Both the position numbers and the translations under genes were made by a program. DNA of 64,000 nt from Octopus sinensis. Lineage: Eukaryota. Location of the stretch: positions 13,764,001-13,828,000 of the forward strand of contig NC_043000.1 of assembly GCF_006345805.1 (NCBI RefSeq), read 5' to 3'. Below, one piece after another: positions 51,029 through 63,120 of this stretch; within the stretch, counting starts at the first letter, position 1; the number at the start of each line of letters is the position of its first letter. The notes beneath the pieces were generated by a model. That model saw only the letters and a list, made by a program, of their open reading frames with translations. It ran no database searches and was not told the DNA's origin.

Positions 51029-51532
51029 GTTTTATTTTTCGCCTGATCCTCCAGTCCGTGGGAAAATTGAAAATTGTCTGGCATGAAACCGGTCCATTGT
51101 TAGAAAAATATCGGGAATGTGTGATATATGGTGCATGGACAGCAGAGAAATAATGTCCCGTGTATCACATGTGTCACACAAGATAGGTGAAGGATTAAAA
51201 GATTTGTTTTTAGATTTTTGTATAAAATTTTTGGATTTGAAGTAAAGTTTGAGGCGCGAGAGATTTTTGGTTTACGTGCTGCCAGTTTCTTGCATCTAAA
51301 TAATATTTTAGTGGTGTGCGTAATGGCTCTTCAAAAACTCCCATTTCTCCTTCCCTATAAAACACGTCTGTGCGCATATGTCGGAGATTAATTAGTCATG
51401 CTATCAAAAACTAATGGACGATGTCAGTAGTCACTTTTTAGGCCTCTTTTTTAAAGAAATTTTTTGGTTTTTTTCCTAATTCTAAACTTTTTCAGAGGGA
51501 AGCGAAAAAAGTAGGCTGTTATGAAAATCATG

Positions 51533-51750
51533 GGGCACGTAGCTGGCAGAAACGTTAGCACACAGGGCGAAATGCTTAGCGGTATTTCGTCTGTCGTTGC
51601 GTTCAGAGTTCAAATTCCGCCGAGGTCGACTTTGCCCTTCATCCTTTCGGGGTCGATAAATTAAGTACCTGTTACGCACTGGGGTCGATGTAATCGACTT
51701 AATCCATTTGTCTGTCCTTGTTTAGCCCCTTGTGGGCAATAAAGAAACAT
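51533..51750 (+). mobile_element. tRNA SINE with a Meta/Nin-like central domain
   Basis: B box gagttcaaattcc; gcccttcatcctttcggggtcgataaattaagtacc; domain assignment from memory. Confidence 0.75.
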
Positions 51751-51913
51751 ATTATTTAGTTGATAATTTATCCTCATCGATAGTGTGTGTTCACCATAAC
51801 TTACCAGCTTAATATCAAATCCAATAATTTTTATTTCACGAAAATCCTGATGCACTGTAAATAAGAACACAGCCGCAAAAAAAAAAAAACTTCTATTTTT
51901 ATATATATATTCT

Positions 51914-52295
51914 TCTATATATATATAAAGCTGAAGTTATCTGTGTATGGCAAGTTTGGTAGCCTTCAACTAACACTATCTCCTCCGAGACCCTGCGGTG
52001 CAAAGTTGACCAAAATTGAGAGTATGATAGAAGAAGGCTTGCTCTTCCTTCCGTAGAAGAAAAAATTCAAATCGGACCATGTTAACACCAAAAATTATGC
52101 TTTTTTTTTTTCTATGAAAATCCCTATTTTTCACGATTTTTTTACTGCTGTGTCGCCATTTTTCGGGGTATTTCAACTAGAAAAATGTTCACTTAAAGAG
52201 AATAACAAGCTACATAATGCAAAATTTTTACTTTTCAAAAATTCCAATATTAAAGGGTCGAAACAAACCCGAGCAACGCTGGGCGATACTGCTAG
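51914..52295 (+). mobile_element. Non-autonomous Helitron, second family
   Basis: TCtatatatataaag start; same 3' hairpin and CTAG. Confidence 0.8.
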
Positions 52296-52680
52296 TCTTT
52301 ATATATAAAAGTGAAGTTGTGTGTCTGTCTCCTACGATTTAGATTCCTAACTACTCCCACATTTTGCGGTGCAGTTTAACCAAAAGCGGGTATCTTATAG
52401 TCGTGATTCATATCGAGTCTTTCTGGGTATTAGCGCGCGTCTACGATGAGTCTACGATTTTAAAATAATTTACCATCATTTTTTTCCATTTTAATGCATT
52501 TTTTCGCTATTATATAAGGGAAGTAACTCTAAAAATGTCTACGATGAGTCAACGATTTTTAAAAAAAATTTACCATAATTTTTTTCCCATTTTTAATGTA
52601 TTTTTTTGCTATAACTCTCTGAAAATGCTTACATAGTTATTTCCCTTACAAACCCGAGCAACGCCGGGCGATACTGCTAG
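52296..52680 (+). mobile_element. Non-autonomous Helitron (family of 49121)
   Basis: TC start, hairpin, CTAG|T. Confidence 0.92.
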
Positions 52681-52937
52681 TATACTATAAAAACCTTTAT
52701 ATGAAAGGCAGAAACAAAATTCAACCTAGTCCCGTGCAAGACAATTATGGAGAATCCTAAAAACATTTGGACAATAAATTGAGATAGAATTCCCAAAAGG
52801 GAAGCCTAAGCAATCTCAGTAACGATTGGATCATGTTAAATTTCTCTCAATCACTTGAAATTTTAAAAATTTTCATAAGGTTTATATTTTAAAAAATGTA
52901 ATTCTAATAGTCTTGCATGACACTTGCTTATTATTAA

Positions 52938-53291
52938 CTAGCAGTATCGCCCGGCGTTGCTTGGGTTTGTAAGGGAAATAACTATATAAGCATTTTTAGA
53001 GAGTTATAGCAAAAAAATAGCAAAAAAATGATGGTAAATTTTTTTTTAAATCGTTGACTCATCGTAGACATTTTTAGAGAGTTACTTCCCTTATATAATA
53101 GCGAAAAAATGCATTGAAATGGAAAAAAATGGTAAATTTTTTTTAAAATCATAGGCTCATCGTAGACGCGCGTTAATACCCAGAAGGGCTCGATATGAAT
53201 CACGACTATAAGATACCCGCTTTTGGTTAAACTGCACCGCAAAATGTGGGAGTAGTTAGGAATCTAAATCGTAGGAGACAGACACAAAACT
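52938..53291 (-). mobile_element. Non-autonomous Helitron, 5'-clipped
   Basis: Reverse complement of 52320-52680. Confidence 0.9.
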
Positions 53292-53689
53292 GAATTCAGT
53301 TTTCGTCGTCTGCATGCAAAACAACATCAGAGCTACATGTTTGAAAATAACCTGGTGAATGAATATTTGAAATACTTCAAATGGCTAGAAGCAATTTAAC
53401 AAGATCCCAACAATTTAATCTAAACGGACGTAGACATTCCGTCGTCAGGTTTTCTTGTAGAAATCCATGTATCAATGCTTTTACTACAGACTGGTGACCC
53501 TCCCATACGGTGTTTGCTCGTAACTTTCTGAAAGATGCATATTTTCTTATGAAATTTTTCAGATATACGTTTTCGATGTGTAACTTATGATTTTGATAAT
53601 GATTACAAGAAGGAAAAAAATATACGATTGCAGCATGGGGGACACATAAATCATTATTCTAAAACAGACACACATTCCTGTTGACTTAC

Positions 53690-53891
53690 TATCTTTACTC
53701 TTTTACTTGTTTCAGTCATTTGACTGTGGCCATGCTGGAGCACCACCTTTAATCGAGCATCTCGACCCCGGGACTTATTCTTTTGTAAGCCCAGTACTTA
53801 TCCTATCGGTCTCTTTTGCCGAACCGCTAAGTAACGGGGACATAAACACACCAGCATCAGTTGTCAAGCAATGCTAGGGGGACAAACACAG

Positions 53892-53932
<41 letters not shown>

Positions 53933-54005
53933 TACGACAGGCTTCTTTTAGTTTCCGTCTACCAAATCCACTCACAAGGCTTTGGTCGGCCCGAGGCTAT
54001 AGTAG
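53690..54005 (-). mobile_element. CORE-like SINE
   Basis: Reverse complement of 42720-43030. Confidence 0.9.
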
Positions 54006-54544
54006 AAGAAGAAGACTTATTGTTATTTGGTGTCAAAGTTGAGCCTTTGTGTGTTTTTGAATTTACAAATATGTCTTCCACGCTGGAATTGTTTTGGTTT
54101 CAACACAGTCGCAAATCAAATCACCTATCTTGCAAGCATATCTTCGAAATTTATTTATTCGTTTTTTTTTCTTTCCTTTTATAAGTTTTGGATCATTGTC
54201 GCTTTCTCAAAATTTAGTTGTTTGTGTGAACTATCTTTAAAAATGCATAATTTTAAGGGATATTTTTCAGAAACGTGTTTTCGATCTGAGTGCCGAATAA
54301 AGATGGAAAATGCTAAAGTTACGGAAATCGGCGGTTAACAAAGCGAGCGGAGGGCACAATCTGAAAATCTTCCAATTTTTTTTTTTTTTAATTTGCACCC
54401 TCGAAAGCATATCTCTACGAAGTTTCATCCATAATATTCATATCCATTTTCTTCAGATATTTGAGGGAACTAAGTCAGTGGGGGTACTCCAGTCTGTAGT
54501 TATGTACAGGCACACACAAGCACTCCCTCCCCTATATATATATG

Positions 54545-54582
<38 letters not shown>

Positions 54583-54699
54583 ATATATATATTAATATGT
54601 TATATATGTATATGTATATATATGTATATATATATATATGTATATATTGTATATATATGTATATGTAATGTTATATATGTATATGTATATATATGTATA

Positions 54700-54799
54700 N
54701 NNNNNNNNNNNNNNNNNNNNNNNNNNNNNNNNNNNNNNNNNNNNNNNNNNNNNNNNNNNNNNNNNNNNNNNNNNNNNNNNNNNNNNNNNNNNNNNNNNN
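54700..54799. other. Assembly gap (100 N)
   Basis: Direct reading. Confidence 1.
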
Positions 54800-54804
54800 A
54801 ATGG

Positions 54805-55945
54805 CTTCACGACTTTTGAAGAATAGAAGTCAGGTGGTAGTAGCCAATGGGGCCACTTCCATTACACGCAAATAATGAGTGGTGTTCCACAGGGCAATGT
54901 TTTGGACACTACTGTTCATAATGGCCCTTCAGAATTTTGCCCTCAGCCACGGAGATCCCACGATCACAAGTTAGCAGATGATACAAAAGTTTCACAGGCA
55001 ATACAGAACCCTGAGGACACTAAAAAACCTGCAATGTGAGCTGGACGAAATATACAAGTGGGCTGAAAAGAATAGCATGCAGTCAATGCTGGAAAGTTTC
55101 AGCTTTATACTATCAGCATGCAAAATGAATGCATACCCAATGAAATACACTGGACCAGGAGGGATTGCAATCCCAGAGGCACAATCAGTGCGTGACCGGG
55201 TATTCACATGAGTGATGACGCGACCTTCATGTACATGTTTGCTAACTGACAGTGAAATGTAGACGGCTGGCTGGCTGGATTCTTAGAACCTTTAGAACAA
55301 GAGAACAAGAAACCATGATGGTCCTCTGGAAGACACTTGTCCTAAGCCCTTTGACTATTGCTCTCAGCTATGGTCACCATCCAGTGTCAAGTTGATCACA
55401 GAACTTGAGGCGATCCAACGAAGCTACACGAAGAAGATAGCCTCTATGCAGAATGTAAGCTACTGGGAAAACTCAAGAGATTAAAATTATACTCCCTGGA
55501 GCGTAGGCGGGAAAGATATGCCATAATATACATCTGGAAGATCCTGGAGGGAAGTGTCCTGAACTTTGGCATCGAGAAGTACACAAATGCCAGAACTGGG
55601 CGCCACTGCGTGGTGCCTAGGACTCCAAACTGCCATCAAGATGTAGGACAAGATTCTGGATAGCCTGGGCTTCCGAGGCCCACAGCTCTTCAATATCCTC
55701 CCGAAGAACCTGAGAGACCTGCATGGGGTGGATACAGATGTCTTTAAAATGAAGCTGGATCTTTCCTGTCAGGTGTCCCAGATGAACCAACTTCACGGCA
55801 GGAGGGGCAGATGAGGGCAGCTGCATCGAACTCTCTCATGCACCAAATAGCAGGTGCTAGAAAGCCTCCATGAAGTGAAACCAAGTAGCAACACCAAATG
55901 GCGGTGCCCCAGCATGGCCACAGCTCATAGGCTGGAACTGGAATC
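54805..55945 (+). mobile_element. CR1/L2-like LINE RT and 3' end remnant
   Basis: SGVPQG; ADDTK-like; YCSQLWSP..ELEAIQRSYTKKI; LKLYSLERRRERY; GPQLFNILPKNLR. Confidence 0.9.
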
Positions 55946-56031
55946 AATCAATCATATTATATATATATATATATATGTACATATATATATATATATATGT
56001 ACATATATATATATATATATATGTACATATA

Positions 56032-56063
<32 letters not shown>

Positions 56064-56101
56064 GTACATATATATATATATATATATGTACATATATTAT
56101 A

Positions 56102-56340
56102 ATCATCATCATCATCATCATTTAACGTCCGTTTTCAGCCTAGCAAGGGTTGGACGGTTTCGACCGGGGTCTGGGGAGCTCGGGACTGCCCCAGGCTCCA
56201 GTCTAGTCTGGCAGTGTTTCTACAGCTGGATTGCCTTCTAACGCCAACCACTCCGCGAGTGTAGTGGTGTATTTTACGTGCCACCTGCACAGGTGCAGAG
56301 GGGTCTGGCATCGGCCACGTTCAGATGGTGCTTTTTATGG
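56102..56340 (-). mobile_element. RTE 3' UTR copy
   Basis: Similarity to 39041-39240. Confidence 0.85.
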
Positions 56341-56479
56341 GGGGGGGTGCAGAATAGGGGAGCACCAGTGGGAGGGATGGTTCAGAGGACATGTACTAGG
56401 CAAGTAGAACGTAGGATACCGAGAGAGGGGTAATGCATGGTGAAATAGCGTATTGAAGAGGGGGCTTCAAATAGTAGAC

Positions 56480-56798
56480 ACCTTTATAATATATATATAT
56501 ATATATATATAATATGTATATATATATAGGTACATATATATATATAGTATATATATATGTACATTATATATATATATATATAGATGTAAAATATATATAT
56601 ATATGTAATATATATATATAATGTATATATATATATATGTATAGATATATATATGTAAATATATATATATATATGTATTTAATATATATATATATGTACA
56701 TATATATATATATATATGTACATATTATATATGTACTATATATATATATATATATAGTATATATATATATATATATATATGTACATATCTATATGTAC

Positions 56799-56829
<31 letters not shown>

Positions 56830-56866
56830 GTACATATATATATATATATATATATAGATATGTACA

Positions 56867-56947
<81 letters not shown>

Positions 56948-57152
56948 TATATGTATGTACATATATATATATATATATGTATGTACATATATATATATAT
57001 GTACATATATATATATATATATATATGTATGTATATATATATATGTACATATATATATATGTACATATATATATATATATAAAATGTATGTACATATATA
57101 TATATATGTATATATATATGTATGTACATATATATATAATGTACTATATATA

Positions 57153-57186
<34 letters not shown>
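56480..57186. repeat. Long (TA/TGTACA)n microsatellite
   Basis: Direct reading. Confidence 0.95.
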
Positions 57187-57239
57187 CGTTTAAATATTAT
57201 TGTGCAAGATTTTTTATGTGAAGTCGTCTGTTGAAACAG

Positions 57240-57384
57240 ATATTGTTATATTTCGGAATGGTCATATTGCCAGTTAAGATTAATGTAAAAAATAAATATC
57301 ACTGAAGCAAACTAACACCAAATATATAGTGGTGGTTTTTATTGGCTAAACTGGCAATATGACCATTCCGAAATATAACAATAT
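57240..57384. repeat. 36-bp perfect inverted repeat with ~72-nt spacer
   Basis: atattgttatatttcggaatggtcatattgccagtt / aactggcaatatgaccattccgaaatataacaatat. Confidence 0.9.
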
Positions 57385-57559
57385 ATATATTATATACACA
57401 CACACACACACTATTTTTCATACTTGCTTGGTTGGACGGAAGATTTTCTACAGTTGGATGCTCTTCCTTTCACCAATCCTCGCCTATTTCCAACCAAGTT
57501 AATACAGGAGACAGCAAAAAAAACTATATTTTAGAGTTAGACAAAAAAGCCAAGATAAA

Positions 57560-58330
57560 TTCTATCCAAAGGTATTTTAACATGAAAGGATGCAGTTTGT
57601 TTCATTTGGTTTTGAAAATGATATCCTCCAAATAGCAGAATTTTCTCTAATTGTGATACAATATTGTAGTTGATGTCTGAAGTTTTCCATCACTCAGTGA
57701 GGAATTTCCAGTAGTTTTTCTGCAGTTGTATGGGGTATAGCAGCCTTCAATTTGCCCATGGCTGTTGGTTGATGCTTGTAGATCCCAAATTTCAGATAAT
57801 CACAGGGAGAGAGATCAGGCATGTGTGCAGGCTATCCAATGTCACTGTATAAAGAAATCAAATGTCCTGGAAACAGTTCTCTCAAAACTTCCATTGATCT
57901 TCCTACAGTGTGAGTAATGGCTCTATCAAACTGCATATCTGTTTTCCAAAGTCTGTGGTTTTGACTCCAGAAAGTTCCATAAGCATACTTGTGTACTGAT
58001 TACATATAACTGCTTGGCTTCCCTCCTCACTAAAGTGAGGACTCCATACACCAAAATTTGCAATCATGTACCACGTGGTAATTTGTTCAGTGTAGAAGTC
58101 TTTCATGAAACTGTTTAGGACTGTTTTCCATCTAGTAGTGAAAATTCTGCTAATTGATGCAGCCAGACAGGTTAAAGTGGCATTCATTGCTTTTGAAAAC
58201 AGCATCTGCAGGAACATTATGAAGGATATCCTCACAGCATGGTGCACAGTTTTCTCATTCACATTCATGAAGTTCCTGAACAACTATCATTTTGTATGGT
58301 TGAAACCTAAGATCAATGTATAAATTTTCC
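57560..58330 (-). mobile_element. Tc1/mariner-superfamily transposase remnant
   Basis: VLRELFPGHLISLYSDIG..PDLSPCDY..VMENFRHQLQYCI. Confidence 0.75.
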
Positions 58331-58338
58331 TGACATTT

Positions 58339-58369
<31 letters not shown>

Positions 58370-58770
58370 ATACGAGGCCTCTTTCAGTTTCTATCTATCA
58401 AATCCACTCACAAGGCATTGGTCAGCCTGAAGTAGAAGGCACTTGCCCAAGGTGTCTCACAGTGGGACTGAACCCAGGACCATGTAGTTGGGAAGCAAGC
58501 TTCTTACTATACAATCACATCTGTGCCTATACTTCGTGTATTGAGTCCTAGTTTTCCATCTGTCTACGCACACACACACACACAAAAAAAAACACGCATG
58601 TATACACATACAGAGAGATATATATGAGCTTTTTACAGTTTCCATATGCCAAATCCACTCACAGGGTTTTGGTCAATCTAGGGCTACAGTAGAAAGCACT
58701 TTCCCAATGTGCCACATTGTGGGACTGAACCTGAAATTATATGGTTGGAAAGAAAACATTTTAACCACAG
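58370..58770 (-). mobile_element. Two CORE-like SINE 5' halves
   Basis: 58370-58520 and 58620-58770 resemble the reverse complement of 42625-42785. Confidence 0.8.
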
Positions 58771-58959
58771 AGCCATTCATATGTATATTATGTATGGTTG
58801 CTTATAAAATTTGGTGCTTTTGTTTGAATTTAAAATGGTGTCAACAATGATGTGAAAATTGTAAATATAGCTTACATCTCACAGATGTTTCCTCTAAGAA
58901 AGTATATATATATAACTTAGAATAACTTAGAAAGGTTTTGGCCAGTATTGGCCCAGGCC

Positions 58960-59380
58960 ATGTCTAACTTAATAGCACCACCTGGTGAAGTCTTTCAGTT
59001 CAGGATTTTGGCACCAAGGCCCATTCGAGCAGAGAGTTATTGTTTGCGGAGACATATCCGGGTGTGGGTGGTTTGTCCGGTACTGTTTGAAGGAATTTGT
59101 CCAAAGACTTCTTGAATTTTGTGTGGTCAGTTTCTTTTTTGACGTGTCCTGGTGTAATGTTGAAGAGAGCGGGTCCAATTGAGGTGAAATAGTTGTGCCG
59201 TATTGTCGTTATGTGATGCGATTTAGATTTTTGTTGTGGACGGATGGCACGTGGTCCAAGCCTTGGATGCATTTTGAAGGTGATGCCAACATCATTCGGA
59301 CAGTGCTGGTGGAATATTTTCCACATCATACAGATAATGTAGTGTTCACGGCGTCGTTGGAGTGAATACAATTTCATATA
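58960..59380 (-). mobile_element. CR1/L2-like LINE C-terminal remnant
   Basis: KLYSLQRRREHY..GPALFN..FKKSLDKFLQTVPDKP..NNNSLLEW. Confidence 0.85.
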
Positions 59381-60129
59381 TCATAACTTGCTTTTAACTG
59401 TTTAATTACACAATTGTTATACATACATGACAAAATTATTGCATTAGCCTGAAATAAAAATCATAATTGTTTATATGTTCCACTTTCACATTTTCATGCA
59501 TAAAATAATTTATAATGCTTTTTTTTAACAAAAAACTGGTTCAGATTTTAAATGACACCAGGATTCGTTTTGCTGTTCTCTAATTTGAAATTATAACAAT
59601 TTGGAGTCTCTCATTCAGTTGAGTTATTTTACAAAAATTAATGGAATACTATTAACACTAAAGGTGCCGATAAGTGTGGCTTCTGAAAAATGTTCTCAAG
59701 ACAATTTTCCTCCAGTATTCTCACATTGAAAGCCTTGTGATATTGTCTGCACTGTGGAATTATGAACCCAAGGATTTTCATCATTCTTCATAAAATTGTA
59801 CGAAATTTGTGTACCATATATTTGGAGAGTTTGGTGTCTATATCTTATCAGCTATATTAAAGAAACTCTAATACCGCAATTCTATGCAGCCCCAAGTCCA
59901 TTGTGCATATTTCTTATTTTAATTGTACTCTTTCCTCTCTGATTTATTTCATTGTACAAAGTCATTTACCATCTGGGTGATCACTTCTGTGAGAACCCAT
60001 TAGATGTTAGATATCAACACTAACGTCCCTGGCAACTTTAACTCCTCTACCCCCTCTCTACTAACATCCATAAGCTAAAGACAATTATCAAGACTGGCAA
60101 ACAATGCTTCATATTCCAAATCATACTCA

Positions 60130-60480
60130 CACACTCATGCTCTTGCTCGATGAGGCTGGTGTCATGCCAGGTCAGTGGTCCCAGAGGCATTATTGTGCAT
60201 AGAGCCGACCAGGTCCACCAGTGACCCCCATTGCTAGTGGTCTCATGCCAGCCCCTTTGTATCCTCCAAGATGATGTAAGGTCTCTGGAGATCTTTAATC
60301 ACATCCTGCCATCTGGTGCCGGGCCTGCCACAGAGCCTCTTCTAGTCCTCAGATGCTGCTTCAAACAAGAGTAAGACCCTGGTAGGATGGTCTGGCAAGG
60401 AGGAAGGGGGCATGTCCGTACCAGTGCATGTTGCAGATGGCTATGATGCTGCAGGCTGATGCATGTGCACACGCAACTCT
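60130..60480 (-). mobile_element. RTE-like ORF2 3' remnant
   Basis: HWYGH motif and degenerate RPRG..W segment. Confidence 0.5.
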
Positions 60481-61299
60481 TCAGTCAACTAGAAGTTTGA
60501 ATACTTCCCACTAATTTCTCAAATGTCACTTACTCTACTGAACTTTTTTGCAACTGGATGACTATTGCTGATTAATTCATGCAATACTATCACACTTTCA
60601 TCTCATCACCTCTGTTGGTCTTTATTCTTCACAACCCACACTTCACTTTCTAGATCTCTACATCTTATTGTCCCTAACTTTGTACCTATCATACCCACCA
60701 CCACCTTTTTATCTGTCTTTTGTAACTTTTGTCATCCATTACTTCTTCAAAAGTAATGGATGACAGAAACGTTTTCACTGCTCAGGACAATCATACTTAT
60801 TGACAACTAAACTTGCTCTCTCTTGTCTAGTATACCAGCTGGCATTGTCTTGTTGGCAATTTGTACAACATATTGAGATGAAGTTCAGCTGTGATCCTAC
60901 TAGTCCAGTAGCTGAAAGGACATGATATTTTTCACAATGTATCTTATCTTTTAATTTCTTGTTCTGTACAAAGAAATGTATGATGACCTATCATAATTAA
61001 ATGCACTAAAATTTGTGAATATTTTGTTTGGTATGATTAATCCACTTAAAGTTGGAATAAAGCTTATCAATATACTTCAGTATTACACTATCAAGTGTCT
61101 ACTACAAGTAAGAAAATCTACATTAGGTGAAAGAAGTGTAACACACATTCTCCACCTGTTTTCTCAGCTTTGTTTTGTGGCTATCAAGACCTTTCTTGTC
61201 AGAAATTTCTGAAAAAGCACTGATAATTTCTTACATGATATGACAAGAAAAAAAACATGTCTACTAAATTAAGAGAATGCCAATAAAGTATCTGCACAT

Positions 61300-61900
61300 T
61301 TTTGCATAAGTCCCCTCTTCCTTAAGTTATATAATTATGGGATCCGTGGTCAATATGACAACTTGTGTGGTTGGTATTGCTTGTTTGTATGCTAAAATCA
61401 AGGTTAACTACATCCACTGAGCTACCAGTATCATACAATGATTGCTGGGTTTCATTTGAATGGCAAAGTCATGGTTTTATTTGTTTGTATATTTTGTTTC
61501 TTTATTTGATTGTATGGAAAATGACTGTCCTGGAATATCTTTTAGTCTACTGATGTCAATGCAATGGTCTGGTCTGTCATTATTATTGTTTTGGGTCTAT
61601 GTCAGGTCCTCGAACTTTTGTTGTAATCTTGCATGGTTTTTTATATCATTTTCCAACTCCTCCAAATAGTAAAAGGAATTCTGAAGGGGCAAACCAATGA
61701 GTGACTTGTTTACATTGTCTCCAAATCACTTTAGCATCTCCAATGTGGAGTTGATTAAGCTTTTTTCACTCACTCCATGTGGAACTGCTACCTTTTCTTT
61801 TGGTTTCATTGTCATATCTGGCCTTCATGGATATTTATCAGTCTCTTCTTTCTTTGCTGTATACTTGCCACACTTCTTAAGAAATCTATACACTAACTGT
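61300..61900 (-). mobile_element. CR1-like RT remnant
   Basis: DTGSSVDVVNLDFS motif. Confidence 0.55.
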
Positions 61901-61999
61901 GAAGAGTGAATTTTTTCTAAATTCAACTCATCATATTTGTTGCTATCTCCATAGTGAATGCATTTACTGAACACCTGCTTTGAGAAATGAAATTTCACT

Positions 62000-62625
62000 T
62001 ATAAGCAACTAGTTCAGTAATGCAGCTGATGAAGCCACCAACACCAAATAGTTCCACCAGATTCTACTAAACAACAGCTATCCACCATCTGTCACCAAAC
62101 AACAGCACATAAGCAATGCTAAAAATAACATACTTCATAAGAAGGCTCATACTCCTAAGGTTGATACATTTGCTTCTTTAAAATACCCTTTTTTGACAAC
62201 AAAATCACTTCTACAATCCATCATGCTTTCTACAAAGAAATATTAAATACACAGATGGAACACTCCAATCCATCCCTGATGAAATTTTGATTTAGAAATT
62301 GTACCATAAACAGCATTGTGAGGTGCACACTGTCCAATTACCTCATCAACAGCTTAAAAAAATGTGCTCAAGGACTTGTATTATATGAAGTGGTCTGCAG
62401 CATATATGGTACATTCTATTTTGAAAGCACCATCAAGAAACTGCATATCCACATTGAAGAACATATGTGCACAAACATTTCAGCTTACAGACACCTGCAA
62501 AAATGCTAAACTCAGGACTTTATTGTATCTGTCAGAGCCATGGAATGTAACACAGGCAACCTTCAACTTAAGGAAGTTATCCTAATTAATAAGCTGAAGT
62601 CAATTCAAACAACAGATATGAAACT
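62000..62625 (+). mobile_element. PLE GIY-YIG remnant (Penelope/Neptune type)
   Basis: VLYEVVCSIYGTFYFESTIKKLHIHIEEH..AYRHLQKC. Confidence 0.7.
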
Positions 62626-62863
62626 ACACAAAGCAAACTAGTTACTACAACACCAGTGCATGCATGTCATTTCCCTTTCCCACATTTCTGAGCTAAAACA
62701 GCTTTTTTTCCATCTCCCATTTCTCCACATATGGTGACAAAAGTGTCCTAACTACAAAATATTGAAGAATTACAGGTAAAACTTCAACTGTAGTTTCATC
62801 TTTACTTTTATGATTCACTTTTGTATTTCATTTCACATTGTTTTGGCTCTAACAAATTCATAT

Positions 62864-63120
62864 CATTATCATTTAACATCTGTTGTCCATGCTGGCATGG
62901 TTTGGATGCTTTGACCAGGGTGGCAAGCTGGAAGGCTGCGCCAGACTCCAGTCTGATTTGGTACGGTTTCTGTGGCTGGATGTCCTTCCCAACGTCAACC
63001 ACTCCAAGAGTGTAGTGGGTGCTTTTTATGTGCCATTTGCATGACACCAGTATCTACCACGACTACGATTTTACTTGGCTTGGTGGGTCTTCTTCTCAAG
63101 CATGGCCTAATGCCAAAGCT
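62864..63120 (-). mobile_element. RTE 3' UTR copy
   Basis: Similarity to 39041-39240. Confidence 0.8.

Noticed and set aside
51-57234. Dozens of YIYI/MYVC/HTHT/poly-D/M/S/H ORFs in the track
   Set aside because: They are translations of (TA), (TACA), (CA) and (GAT) microsatellites
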